NCBI GenBank assembly: GCA_028534125.1
Contig: CM052828.1
Coordinates: 52,204,001-52,268,000, forward strand
Length of the DNA: 64,000 nucleotides
Source: Lama glama
Taxonomy: Eukaryota
Reading direction: 5' to 3'
Shown here piece by piece: positions 37,658 to 51,090 of the stretch. Position numbers and translations under genes: made by a program. Below the pieces are notes generated by a model. The model ran no database searches. It was not told the DNA's origin and was given only the letters and a program-made list of their open reading frames with translations. Each line of letters opens with the position of its first letter. Positions within the stretch are counted from its first letter, which is position 1.

Positions 37658-40600
37658 ACAGGGAAAAAATTTTAAGAATCAAAAGCTTCCAGACTTTTAG
37701 GCTATAACTGATCTTTTTCTAATTCTCTTGAAACTTCTTTCCACCTCTTGCCTTGATATCCTGGTGCTTTCTCAGGAGGTTCCTCCAAATTACTCACCTA
37801 GAGCTCTTCACTGAAATTCCTTTGTGCCCATTTTGACCCCAAGGAGCAAAATGATCAAATTCTGAGGCGTTAGTAAGTTCATTGAGCAGCAGTGAACACC
37901 AGTCACCATTTCTCCTCCTCCAGGGCTGTGCCTTCCAGGCAGGTGACGGACTATGCGGGGTGAACAGGCTTCATAGGGCTGCACAAGTCGAGTGTGGACT
38001 CATTTCATCCAATGATACACCCGCGTGTGTTTGCTATTTTGCAAAATAGACTACTTCAGTGAAAATTGGTTACAAGTAGTTCTAATAACTGTAACCTTAG
38101 CTACTGACCATCTTTAAGACATAGCTCTTAACATGTGCCCGAGGGTGAGCCCTGCGTGGACACCAGTTTGTACAGACCTTTGGCATCCACTGGCTCAAAG
38201 TCAAAAGAGAATTGTAATTACTCATCCAGCTGCCAAATTCTACCGATGACCCTTGTCAGCAATATCCCATTGATGGCTGAGTGGTCAGTGAGCTACCTAT
38301 TTTTGTCAGGAACCATGTCAGCTGTAAATTTTCAAAGCCTTGGGTAGTTTGTCTTGCAAGGGAGAAAGGGGGCTGTTCTCTGTGGATGCAGCTCTAATTA
38401 GTAAAATCAAACCTGAGTTTTGGACCTTTCCCTTTGTTAGCACTGCTGATAGATTTCTAGAACAAGCTGCTTGGTATTTATTGACTTATTGGTCTTACTG
38501 TTTAAATACACTCATCACCTTGGGTTTCTTAGGCCCCATAAGTAGACGCTAAGCCTGCTCTGGAAACAGGAATAGGCTACCCTGATATGGTCATTTTCCG
38601 AGGTTGTGTGGTTCACGTGTAACGTCAGTGTCACCCATCTTTAGGCTATATGAGTGAGTACGTAGCTGATTCTTACCCAGCAACCCAGAACTGTCCCTGA
38701 CTCTACCCAGGAGCATGGTTGTCATTGAGTTCACTTTCAGTGTCCCACTTTCTGAGTCGTCTCTCCATTGTGGTCCAGTGGGGATTCTTCTAGATTGCTA
38801 TCTTCTTGGCAATGGGTCCTGCCTTCTTGGCAGGTTGGCACCTCTTCTGGATCTGTTAGCGAGTCTTCCCAGCCCATCAAGTCTACAGAACAGAAGTGGC
38901 CCCTGGGAATTCACAAGGGCAACAGCTTTCGACCTTTGGAGGGTAGACATGGTGGTACTTGAACTGGTTCACCCTTACTTCCTCCCTTGCCCTGTGGCAG
39001 CTGGTTTTTTATCTGCTGCTGGATGCTGACCAGGGCCTGACTGGTACGGCTGCCCCACCCCTTTACTCTTCCTTCAAGCTAGCCTTTTTTGTTCTTGGCT
39101 CCAACTCTTTCAGTGATGAGGCCCACGCTTTCTCTGTTCCACATCGCTGAAAATTCAAGGCCCAGCATGTTCTCCCTTACACCTGCCTCACCTGGTCTCA
39201 CACACAGTGTGTGAGCTGAAGGTAAGCCCCCAGATTCTGCCAGATGATGGCGGACAAATACAAAGTGACTCTTGAACAGTGACTCACAAATGCATGAAAT
39301 GTTTTGATCTCCAGACTGCCAGAATTTCTCTTTTCTAATTCCTATTTGTAGTGATAACATTTTTTTCTTTTTGTGATTCTTAAAAAAAAAAATAGTGTAG
39401 TACCTGAATCAATTGCAGTTATAATTGTTGTCACTATTTCTATCTGACAAATTCCAGTTCTCTCAAAATTATTGTATCCAGTTGTGCACTAGTGTCAATA
39501 AAATTGACATTTGTGAAGCAATTTCTGGCCTTTTTCTCCGGGTTTCACTGGGTCTGATGGTGTGTGGGGTGACTGGGTCTTGTCTAACATCAGGACTTTG
39601 TTTTAATGATGTGTCTGAAAATGCAAGGAATTTAAATGGAGGGTTTTTGTTTCTTTTTTTAACGCGCACTTCTTCAACCTGACTTTTCCTGACATTTCCT
39701 AATCTTGTTCTTCAGTGGGCAGGATGTCTGCTTTTCGTCGTTTTTGTGGGTGTGGTGGCTTTTCCCCCATGTGTTGGTGACACAGCTAGTGGATCAACCT
39801 GGGACCCGATGGGAGCTGGTGGTGGTCTCTGCGTGGTTCATTCATGCGGGGATGAAGTTCACTATCCAGCATCATCAGCTCCATTCTAGGCTGACCTATC
39901 TTGTAATTTCTGTGGACATGAATGAATCCAGAGAGAGAGGGTAGAGGTCAAGAAAATGAAGGGTATGCCCAGAAAACAGAACTTTTCCTTTCTCAATGAG
40001 ATCCTTGATTGTGTGCGGAGTAGCAACGAGCATGAATCTGTATATAGGAAAACGGAGAAAGCACGCGTGTAGTCTTTCCCGATGACAGTAACTCACCCAA
40101 CTGCGGGCTACGTGAACTTTGACCCTAATCCTAGTTTTTGCGAATCTGCATATAAATCCGTTAGGCAGAAACATTTGGTTTAGAAGTAGATTTTGAAACA
40201 TCCCATTTAGTTTCAATAAGTTGAGATATCTGTATTTGCAAAAGGCTGTTGGCAAAGAGTTTCAGGTGCACGTCGTCTCGTTTGGCTGACTCATCATGGG
40301 TAATTATGCATTTTCATATTATTTATTATAGTATCCTTTGCAGAGGAATAATTAATTGCCTTTCATTTTTTGACTCATCAAGGGGAATTGTGATCATGTA
40401 ATGACCTCCAGCTTTGTGTTTTTAAATGATCACCTTTGCCTGTAAATGTGATGCTAGTGTTTCTGTCCCAAACAGTGAGAGAGACATGGAGTGACATCAC
40501 CAGGTATAACGAGCTTGCTTCTGTTCTTCGTAGAAGGGGAGGTAGCTGCTTTCCCTTTAGCTGAGCCCCACTGCTCTGAGCCGTAGTCTGTCCTGGGTGT

Positions 40601-41019
40601 CCCAGTCCTTTAGTCTTCTATTAGAATAGCTCTGTTTTCTAGTCCTTTCCCACGTCTCCTTGTGATATAGACACTGTGTCTTTCTCGAGTAATTCTTAGA
40701 AGCTAAGGCAGTAGTTAGGAGGTGATGACTCTATTGGGGGATACACGATGCTTTTAAACTATAGTAATTATTCTCAAAGCAGAGTTCTCCAACTTATCAT
40801 TAATGATGTAACTGTGGCTCCACTGAATGGTATTTTTAATATGAAGGCAGCTGCAACTTAGGACGGAAAAAAAACTAGAAAATCATGAAGTGCATTAAGT
40901 ATGTCATAAGGTGGTCAGGGTTCTTAAAGATTTGAAAAGGTAAAAGTTGTAAGTAGAAACCAGGTCCCAGAAGGAATTACTTTTTTTTTTCTTCTTTAAT
41001 ACTTCTCATCCCCAAACAG

Positions 41020-41207
41020 GCTCCCTGACTGGTAGCCCTCACCTTTCAGAGCTGTCCATCAACTCGCAGGGAGGAGCCGCCCCTGCCAACGCCATCCTGT
41101 CCCCCAACCTGAGCCCCGACACCAAGCAGGCATCTCCCTTGGTCAGCCCACTGCTCAACGACCAGGCGGGCCCTCGGACGGACGACGAGGAGGACAGCCG
41201 GAGAAAG
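41020..41207 (+). CDS. FARP1: FARP1 coding exon (~exon 14): GSLTGSPHLSELSINSQGG...SPLLNDQAGPRTDDEEDSRRK
   Basis: aaacag / gtgtga; 188 nt, phase 1->0. Confidence 0.95.
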
Positions 41208-41239
41208 GTGTGAGGATGGGTGTGGGCTTATCTGCTCAT

Positions 41240-41705
41240 CTTTTTTTTTTTTAATTTCAGTAATATGCATAACATAAAATTTGCCATTGTAACCATTCCT
41301 AAGCATCCCATTCAGTGGCATTAAGTGCATTCACAGTGTTGTATAACCCTCATCACGATTCATTTCTAGAACTTTGTCAGCCTTCCAAGCTGCAGCTCCA
41401 TGCACATTGAACACTAGCTCGCCACACCGCCCCCAGCCCCCGCCAGCCACCATTCTGCTTTCTGTCTCTGTGAATTGATGACGCTAGGAATGAACCTCCT
41501 GTGAGTAGAATCAGACAGTACCTGTCCCTTTGTGATGGGCTTATGTCCTTGAGCATAATGTCCTCAAGCTTGATCCATGCTGTAGCCTGGGTTGAAATTT
41601 CCTTTAAAGGTTGAACGGTATTCCATTGTATGGAGATACCACGTTTGGTTGATCCACCCATCCATGGATGGACAGCTGGGCCGTCTCCTCCTATTGGCTA
41701 TTTTG
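41240..41705 (-). mobile_element. Old L1 (L1MB-like) 3' fragment
   Basis: ataacataaaatttgccatt...tcagtggcattaagtgcattcacagtgttgt...tattccattgtatggagataccac. Confidence 0.8.
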
Positions 41706-42406
41706 TATCAGGTGCTGGAAGTGTGTTCACAAGCACCTGCTCTCATCTCTACTTCGTGTGTATCCCCAGGGGTGGAATCTCATGGACTCTTGTGGGAAGA
41801 GAGCAAAATGGTTAACAATGAGGGATTTCCTCTTACTCTTTGGTCAAAAAGAAAGCGAAACTGATGGCTGGCCGGCTCTAGAGCGGAGCTGCCTGCCCAC
41901 CTAACCCATGGACTCCTGCTTCCACCACCCTGGTCCCTTGGGATGCACCACCCTCCATGCTCCCACGAAGAACGTAGCTTCCATTTCCTGAACACCAGCG
42001 TCATCCACGGCACCCAGGCCAAAGGCTGCTGTGGTTTCTGCTTCATTCCTTTCCTTGAAGGCTGCATCACTTTGATATTTTACTAAGTAGATTTTCAGAC
42101 GCCCATTTCTGAATGACTTAGTCCTGAGTGGTGGCTCGTACGCCCAGCCGGGACCTTTCACTGCGGGTGGTATTCACATGGAAGGAAACATTCCTAGACT
42201 ATTTTCTCATCTTGGAAATCCATTCTTGTACCCTCATTCCTCTCACACAAAAAGGAGAATAAATAGGAGTTTATTTAGCCTTGATAGTGGTCAACGAAAG
42301 ATCAGAAGTTAGCAATGTAGCACTTTAATGAGGACTTTCTTATAATCAGGACATCCTTAGAGACTGAGACTCAAAAATATCTTTTTTCTTTTTATGGATT
42401 TCGCAG

Positions 42407-42496
42407 AGATTCCCAACGGACAAAGCATACTTCATCGCCAAGGAAGTCTCCACCACCGAGAGAACGTATCTGAAGGACCTTGAAGTCATCACTTCG
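42407..42496 (+). CDS. FARP1: FARP1 coding exon (~exon 15), start of DH domain: RFPTDKAYFIAKEVSTTERTYLKDLEVITS
   Basis: tcgcag / gtatgt; 90 nt, phase 0->0; DH CR1 motif ExxxTExxYLKDL. Confidence 0.97.
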
Positions 42497-43516
42497 GTAT
42501 GTGTGTTCCCCTCAAGCATTAAATTACATAATTTATCTCGACTAATACTCAGCTTGAGGAGAAAAGCTGGATCTAATGAAGTGTTGGGTTCTCTGACTCC
42601 AATTAAAAGGATTTGGCTCCTGGGTTGGAGAAATGAGGCAGTGACAGTGTGTTTAATTTGGAATACGCTCTATAAAAGTTGTATCATTGTGATTTTTTAA
42701 GTGCAAAAGGAAAGAAGTTTCTCAAGTGGAGAAATTTAAAAGTAAGCATTTTACCATCAGCCTGCACCGATGCAGAACAGCAGAACATCTCATGTTTTGC
42801 TCATAATTTTTGCCAGAGGGAGACCTCAGAGGTAAATTAGAAGCCTCATTTTATCTTTGATAACGAATCGAGCCATGTCGGCAAAAGCTGCCAAAAAGAC
42901 TGCCTTTTATTATTTTAATCAGTCCTGTTCAGTCTTGGAAAGGAATTCAAAGCCTTGTGGATATCCTTATAACCCTGGATTCTGAGAGGGCTCTAGCCCA
43001 CCAGAATCGCTGGGTTTCTGTGCCCCTGGGGCGGGCACTCACGTGGGGCCTGGCCTCCGCTCAGCGAGGTGAGTGATGTGTGCGAAGGCAGAGGCTTCAC
43101 CTCTCCGGTTCAGCCACCTCCCTGCTTAGCCTTTCAACAAAGAGGCAGAGATGGAAGTTTCTCAAGGGCTGAACCAGGTCATGTTCAGTGGTTTGAGTCC
43201 GTGATGACCAAGTGAGTTGGCCACGATGGAGGCTTTGATTTGAGCAGCTACCCACTTGAGAGATTTATCCTGACTCCAACAGTCAATTGACAACAAATTC
43301 CAGGGAACAGTCGTAAAGTGCTGGGTGCTTCTCACCCAACTGGATGAAAGCAGGGAAAGCAGTGAGGCCCAGAGGCCTGAAGCCCTCGAAACGCCACAGG
43401 TGCAGCGGGAAAGGCCACTAGCCTCCCTGCGTGGCCTCCTGCCGCGGCACCTCGGAAGAATTGCAAACCTTCACCCTCCACCTTTACCTCTGAGTGTGTC
43501 CTCTTTTTATCCCCAG

Positions 43517-43650
43517 TGGTTTCAGAGCACAGTGAGCAAAGAGGACTCCATGCCCGAAACCTTGAAAAGTCTCATATTCCCGAATTTTGAACCTTTGCAC
43601 AAATTCCATACGAATTTTCTCAAGGAAATTGAGCAGCGACTCGCTCTGTG
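43517..43650 (+). CDS. FARP1: FARP1 coding exon (~exon 16), DH: WFQSTVSKEDSMPETLKSLIFPNFEPLHKFHTNFLKEIEQRLALW
   Basis: ccccag / gtgagt; 134 nt, phase 0->2. Confidence 0.97.
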
Positions 43651-44056
43651 GTGAGTACAGCGGCTGGGCGTGACCATCCTGTCTCGCCCCCACGGCCCTC
43701 CTCTGTCTTCCTCTCTCTCTCTTTCCGATATTACTTATGTGTGGTTCCTTATCAGCAGCAGCCGTGAGCAAAGACAAAGCGAGAAGCTGGCTGAGAATAA
43801 GCCAAGCTTACAGTGATTTCCGGTTAAATCTACCTGGACTGGAGCTCATCTTGAATTTCTTTTTTTTTCCCTTTGGCTTACAATTCTTCAGAATGCATGT
43901 CTTCTGCCAGGGGTGGAGGGAGGGAATGAATTGCAGAGGTGGCCCCGGGCAGTTCTGGGGATGATGGAGTTGTTCTGTATATTTATATATAATCTATATT
44001 ATATATATAAAATCTGTATCATGATATGAAAGTGGTGACATGCTATATACCATACG

Positions 44057-44271
44057 CAGTTGACTGGGGGCGGTTAGAGGCACCGACCCTCCATGCAGTC
44101 AAAAATCTGAGTGTAACTTTACAGTTGGCCCTCCTTATTAGCCTCAGAATCAACCAACCGCCAATCGTGTACAAGTGTACAAATTTAGTGAAAAAAACCT
44201 GCAGTGGGTGGTCCCACACCGGTCAAACCCGTGATGTTCGAGGTCAGCTGTACACTTATTCACTGTTACTA
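44057..44271. mobile_element. Tigger2/MER8-like MITE
   Basis: cagttg...cagctg ends; same family as the 32609-32790 copy, in opposite orientation. Confidence 0.65.
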
Positions 44272-46934
44272 TATGTAAATTCTGTTTCAATAAAGCGGAT
44301 TTTTAAGATGCTATAAGCATATTTAGTACAAGTTTTGAAAAAGTCTAGAAGAATATACATTAAATTGTTAACAATGGAGATGAGATTACCAAAAAAAAAA
44401 AAAAAACAAACATGTTCTCTGATGATAATTAAAGGAACGCCACAAAATAGAGATAGTAATTACTTCTGGAAGGACAATGAGGGTTTTATGGAGTAGAGGC
44501 ATATATGACAGACCTTTAGGGGTGTTGGTGATATTTTACTGGGTTTTGCTTTATTGTCATTGAAGTAGTATGTGTCTGAGTACTAAATATTTCAGTATTA
44601 TATTTCACAGTGTTTAAAGAGTGCTTTGAAAAATAGAGCCCTGTGCACCACACACACGCACACACATACTTTTACCTTGAATCCCACTGCCAGGAATTTA
44701 TTTTAAGGATATATTCTAATGTGAAATGACAAATGGCAAAGATACCCATGGCAGACTTAAAAGATGGGAAATAACCTAAATATCCATGAATAGCAGGCAG
44801 ATTAAAACTCGTATTAAGTCTGTGTATTGAACATCATATAATATATTAATCTGTGGGTGCAAAAACTCAGGAAACATTTTGTATACTGTAGAATGCAAAG
44901 TCTAATATTCTCTTGCCTAAAATGGAATCTTTAACAGAAAATTCTCATGGGGTTTTTTTTAAAGATAGTTTTATACGTAGACATAGGAGGTGATGGTCTC
45001 CTAAACATGCATTTGAAAAATGCCAGGAGATAATAGCGAAAATTTGCTACTGTGTTTTGGGCAGAAATGAAACCCGCCATGGAGTGTGTCATCATCACTA
45101 GAGGTGGGAGTTTGGTTCCCAGTGGTGTCAGGGGCACTGAGTGACTGCGGGAGCCCTGGATCAGGCGGTGTTACCCCAGGCGATCCCAACCATGGGACTC
45201 AAGCATCAGGTCACAGATTCACAGAGCTGCTCCCTGGGTCCTGAAGCAAATATGCTTGGACGTTCGTCCTTGTTTTTTAACCTGGAGATAATTCGTGTGA
45301 AGTTCTCTCTCCTGTGATAGAAGGAGGTGGGAGGTTTCACTAAGATGCCCCAGGGAGGAGGGCACAGCCAGGATGGAGAAATAACAGGTACCGAGTCAGC
45401 CCCACTGAAGTGGGAAGAGACTGAAGATGCCAGTTTAAAGTCTTACTCTAGCTTCACGCTGTGAAGGCAAGAGAAGGACCACTTCTCAAAATTTTAACAA
45501 ACAAAAAAAATCTGCAGAATCTAACTTTATTTTACCCTCCCCAAATTTACCTGAAAACTTCCAGGTGTGGCCCGCCATACGGCCTCCTCATTCACACAAA
45601 GCTGAATGATGCTTTCGTAATGGAGTCAAAAACCTCACAGTTCTGAAGAAATCAATTAACTGTTGGTTTTCTGGCCAACGAGATGTGTGTTCATGGCGTC
45701 TTCCCGTCGGCTCAGAGCATCTCAAGCTGGTGTCGCTAGAGCAGTGTCAGTCCCCCTGGCAGTTGATTTAAATAACGTTGGGGAGGTCACGCACAGGGAG
45801 TGTCCTCAGTTGGCAGTCCCCTGGCAGCCCCGCGTGGTGGCCTCAGCTCCTGCCGCCAGGGAACTTGGGAGAACTGTAGGAAACCCTCGGGGTTTCTTGA
45901 GCTGAGGTTCTCCATTTCCAGAAGGTACTTACCTGTTGGGTGAAACCCCACTCCTGGCTCCGCATCAGGGTCACCTGGGGTTGGTGGGTCAGGGGAGTTT
46001 TGAAAAAAATGCAGATTGCCAGGCCCCACCTGGCCCTCCTCAATCAGAACATTGGAATGAAACCCAGAAATGTGTATTTTTAAAGTGTTTCTTGGGATGA
46101 TGGTAATGAATAACTTTTCCGGAACAGATGTTGTGGAGTGCCTGTGACAAACTGAAGACCCTGTGATTCTTTCGCTTGCATTTTGTTTATAATTCTTGTT
46201 TCTTCTATAAGCAGTGAGTGAATGAATGCATGTGTGGGTGAGTGAGCGAGTGGGCACCAGGCTCTGCCCGCTGGGGACCTGCTGTCTCTGGGAGGAGGCA
46301 GGCTCGTGGTGCGAGGAAGGCCAGGCCCTCTGGTGGACTCACAGCGACGAGTGGGCCACATCCAGTGTGGGCGGAGGGCATCCCTGGCCAGTTCTGTCTT
46401 GGAGGACACGTGCGCCATTAATGCCCGCAGACAAGAGGCAACTCGGAAGTGACTGTGTTCAGTGCAAAGAATGGATCACAGGGAAGTTTATTAAGAAACG
46501 GCTTTGCTCAGGGTTACTGATGGACCGTGCCTGTGTGTGTGTGTTTGTATGTGACTTCACACCTTGAGATGGAAGACACGGACAGTCTCATGTCCAGGGG
46601 GATGGCTGCGTCTGCCTCCACCGTCACCCGTCAGGACCAGGACCTGAGGTCCACGTCCAGCTGTCCGTGGCCTTGGACGGTCTCGTCTCCTCACCTGTAA
46701 GACGTGGGTACCTCGTAGGCTGTCACATGACCTGAATGAGTCAGTGTTTGTAAGGGGCTTCCTGTTCGCCCCACACATAGAAAGAGAGGAAGGCTGACCA
46801 TGTGTTTATATCAACTTTATTTTGAAGTTTTAGAGAGAAGCTGCTGTGACAGAGGAGTTTCTGCACACACACACCCCCTCCCATCCCCTGAGGCCAACTT
46901 CTGTCACTGTGCACTAAGAACCCAGTGTTGGTTC

Positions 46935-47350
46935 TGTTAGAAACCAAAATTCAATTGTGCAAGTGCTAAAGACCTAACTGGTTTTATTGAATGATTCGTG
47001 AGTGGGTGGCACCCCATCTAGCAAGTAGAGGGGGGCTCCAGGAAGCTCCAGAAAAGGAAAAAAAAGGTTTTTACAGGCAAAACAAGGAATAAACAAAAAA
47101 CATGATTTCAGGCTTAGGTAACCTACCCGGAGGATGAAGGGGTCTGTGTGGCCGATGGCTTCATCTTCCTCTGGGGATTAGAGGGGCCCGTGTGACAGAT
47201 GACCTCATTGGTGCTGACCAGAAAATTCCGGACTAACTGGTTAGGAGAACATTCCTGGGGGAGGTTGTAACTGCAGTGAGGTTAGGTATTAAGTCTTGAT
47301 TTTAGCCCAGGTGACTCCATATTGGGCCTGTCCTTTTTCTTTTAATAGCA
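46935..47350 (-). mobile_element. Probable ERV solo LTR
   Basis: TG...CA ends (tgttagaa...taatagca); AATAAA on the minus strand near the left end; ~415 bp. Confidence 0.5.
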
Positions 47351-47601
47351 TATTATTATCGACTTTATTCAGTGATAATATTTTAAATTATTTTTGTGAA
47401 TAGAAAGAAAGCTGAAGTTCACAATGCTTGGGGTCCACCAGATTTGGTGCTTAAGTGACACAGCCGCCGCGCTCTGCCTTTGCAGTCCTGCGTTAGGCTG
47501 TCACGTACTTCCATCAGCAGTGGGAAATTACAGGGCAGAAAAAGTCCCGGGAAAAGACTTCCTAAGCGGTTAAGCTGAGCCCCAGCTTAGCACACACACC
47601 C

Positions 47602-47637
47602 GGCCCTGGCCCTGGCCCTGGCCCTGGCCCTGGCCCC
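47602..47637. repeat. (GGCCCT)n hexamer repeat, ~6 units
   Basis: ggccctggccctggccctggccctggccctggcccc. Confidence 0.9.
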
Positions 47638-49044
47638 AGCCCCACAGCTCGTGCTCCTAAGTCAACACACCTGAGAAGGGGATGGAGCATTTCGTTCTGG
47701 CGCAAACCCATGTTACCCTGTTCCTTCAAAAACAAGGAGACAGGTTTGGTGACTTGTGAAAACGTGAAGCATGCTTCTCCTTTTGAGAGCAAAGATGTTT
47801 TTACTGAGCTGTTCAAATGCATGCAGAGACAGGCACTAACAACCTTTGGCCTTCAGTCAGAAGCCCTGAGTTCCAGCCCTGAAATGGCCTGCAGGTGCAG
47901 AGTCCAGGCTGGTCAGGTCCGTCCCCAGGGATGGATGCAGACCTGGCCCGGTACAGGGCGCCTTGGCTCTGCTGGGTACAGAACTCGGCTGGCTGCCAGG
48001 GAGCTGGAATCCGAGGGGAGCGGGGGCAGACAAGGAGGCACTCAGGGTCGGCTTCCAAGAGGGATCAGCTGAGTTTTTGTTGGATTTTTTTTTAAGATCC
48101 TTGAGGTCGAGCCCCTTGGAAGGGGTAGAGAAGTGCAGCTGGAAGGGCTGGAAAGACGGGATGCCGAGATTCACCAAGTCGGCTCGTGGGACAAAGGAGA
48201 AGCGAAGGGGAAGCCCTGGAGCTTTGAGCCTGGTTAACTGGGAAGGTGGTCGTGAAATTTAAGACAGGCATTAAGAAAGAAAGGGGAAAAGCAAGTAAAA
48301 TGGAGGGAAGATGAGCTTGCTTTGGGGCACATCAATTTTGAGGGGTCAGTGATGAAATCGTACAGGCAGGTGGAAACCCCAGTCTCAGACATGGGGAGAC
48401 TGACTGACTAGGCGCAGTGGTGTAGGCGTGGAAATTATCCACGAGAATCAGGTCTTTAAGGAAGGGAATAATTGAGACAAAAGAGAGCCGGGGGCAGAAT
48501 CTTCCTGAATACACTTTGGGGGCAACTTTCCATAATCATAGCTTAGGGCAGAGCACGAGCCAGCAAAGGAAGCTTGAAGAAGCCACCAGATATGGGAAGA
48601 GAGAACAAGAGAGCAGGGGTGGAGGGTCCCAGAGGAGAGCGTGACTTGGGGACTGATGCCCAGGAGGGCAGAGATGGTTCAAGGTGGTGCAGGGATGCAG
48701 GAGTAGGCTTAGGGTGCCGGGAGCTCTGCAGGGAGCAGACAGATGGTCGGTGTCTGTGGGGGATCACGTGCCCATCCAGAGCGGGAAGGAGGCTCCTCTC
48801 TCAGAGCAGTGACGTTCTTGCAACCTGTGATTAGGAATTTCGTAGGTGGAGTGGCTTTGTCTCACCATTAGGCTCCAGGGGCTGAGCTTGAAGTGGAGCA
48901 GAAATGACTGAGTGGGTGAGAAAACTGTTGGTATTACCCCCGGAAAGTGGGGCATCTTAACAGTGGCGCCCGTGAACCATCATAGAACAAAATGAATAAA
49001 ATCTTTTTCTTAACCTACCAGCTCTGGGTGTCATTGAAAGGTCA

Positions 49045-49785
49045 CAGGGATTCCTCAAGAGTCACTATAGAATTACTATACAATCCAGCAGTTCCACTGT
49101 TAGGGATATACCCAAAAGAAGCGAAAGAAAGGACTGGAACAGGTAACTTGTAGTCAGTGTTCATAGCAGCGTTATTCACAGGAGCCGAATGGTTGAAACA
49201 AGCTCCTATCCATTGACATGTGAATGGATAAACCGAGTGTGGTCTATCCATGCAATGGAACGTGATTCAGCCTTTAAAAGGAAGGGCAGGGAGGTGGGTA
49301 GAGCTCAGTGGTAGGGTGCATCCTTGACATGTGCTAGATCCTGGGTTCAATCCCCAGTACCTCCATTTTAAAAATGAATTAAAGTTTTTTTTTAAAACTA
49401 ATAATAAAAAACAAAAGGAAGTTCAGCCTGACACCTGCTACAACGTGGGTGAAACTTAAAGGCATGATACTAAGTGAAGGAGAAGTCAAGACCAATACGA
49501 TTCCACTTATATGAGGTACCGAGAATACTCGGGTTCAGAGAGACAGAAGAGGGGATGATGGCTGCCAGGGGCTGGGAAGAGGGAACTGGGGGGTTAGTGT
49601 TCAGGGGATATGAAATTTCGGTTTGGGAAGACGAAAAGGTTCTAGAGGAGGATGGTGCTGGGGGCTGCACAACAAAATGAATGTATTTAATGCCACTGAA
49701 CCGAATAGTTTAAAAAAAATGGTTAAGAAGGTAAAATTTAGGTTCTATATATTTTGCCACAATTTTTTAAGAAAAGAAAAAAAAA
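49045..49785 (+). mobile_element. Old L1 3' fragment interrupted by a SINE
   Basis: ORF2-end/3'UTR motifs (tgttcatagcagcgttattcaca; ttccacttatatgaggtac; aatgccactgaac). Confidence 0.85.
49285..49412 (+). mobile_element. vic-1-type SINE with 9-bp TSD
   Basis: gagctcagtggtagggtgc...tcctgggttcaatccccagtacc; flanked by AAAAGGAAG at 49276-49284 and 49413-49421. Confidence 0.85.
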
Positions 49786-50394
49786 GTCATAGGGAATCCA
49801 GTGCAGGAAAAGACAAGAGGCTTCAAACCAGTGCCTTGTGTGTGAGGGCCACCATGCCTGTGGGGTTCTCTGAGGGGCTCTGCCCAAGTGCTCTCCGAGA
49901 TTAACTCATTGGAACCTCACGGAGGGGGCAGGTGAGCCTCAGGTGGCAGGTGTGTTTGCGGATCGAATTGCCTCCATTCAGACCCAGTCAGCATTCACAG
50001 CCAGGCCTTGATGGGTTAAGGTGAACGTAGGACCCCAGCTGAAAGCTAAAATGATAGCTAAGCTGAGAGCGAGCTCAGCTCTTATCATCCTACTGACTGA
50101 GGACACTGTTGCTGGTGGGCGGGGCTCACCTTTCCAGGTGCTTTTCTGTCTGAATGCAGAACTCCAATGCATCTCCCTTCTCCTCACCTTCCTCGTTCTT
50201 GGAGGCTCTTTTCATCCCCCACTGCTGTTTCACTGTATTGCGCTACAGCTCTGAGATCCAGGGGCTTGCTTTTAAACAGATGGGGAAGTGAAAACAGGCT
50301 TTTTACCCTCTTATGTGACCCGGTGAGGGGTATGGCGAACAATCATCCCAGGTGGTCAGATGCCGCACTTTTCTATCAAGGTGGAGATTTTTTT

Positions 50395-51090
50395 CTTCTT
50401 CTTTTCTTTTTTTTGTGGAGATTTTTTTTTATTGAAGTATAGTCGGTTTACAATGTTGTGTTAACTTCTGGTGTATAGCACAGTGATTCAGTTACACATA
50501 TATATGTTATTTTCATATTCTTTTTCATTATAGGCTATTACAAGATACTGACTACAATTCCCTGTGCTACACAGGAGGACCTTGTTGTTTTTCTATTTTA
50601 TGTATAGTAGTTAGTATCTGCAAATCCTAAACTCCCAGTTTATCCCTCCACTTGCCCGCTTTTCCCCCTGGTAACCATAAGTTTTTTTTCTATGTGTTTG
50701 TTTCTGTTTTGTAAAGAAGTTCATTTGTCTCTTTTTTTTTTTTTTGATTCCAGATATAAGTGATATCATGTGGTGTTTTTCTTTCTCTTTCTGGCTTACT
50801 TCATTAAGTATGATAAAATCTCCAGGTCCATTCATATTACTGCAAATGGCATTATTTTGTTCTCTTTAAGGCTGAGTAGTGTTTCATTGTGTATATATAC
50901 CCCAACTTCTTTATCCAGCCATCTGTTGATGAACATTTAGGTGGCTTCCATGTCTTGGCTATTGTATATAGTGCTGCTATGAACACTGGGGTGCATGTAT
51001 CTTTTTGACTTAGAGTTCTCTCCAGATATATACCCAGGAGTGGGATTGCTAGACCATATGGTAACTCTGTTTTTAGTTTTTCAAGGAATT
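50395..51090 (-). mobile_element. Younger L1, 5'-truncated (ORF2 C-terminus + 3'UTR)
   Basis: Minus-strand peptide KLKTELPY..AIPLLGIY..CTPVFIAALYTIAKTWKPPKC..WIKK is the L1 ORF2p C-terminus; polyT at the left end. Confidence 0.92.
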
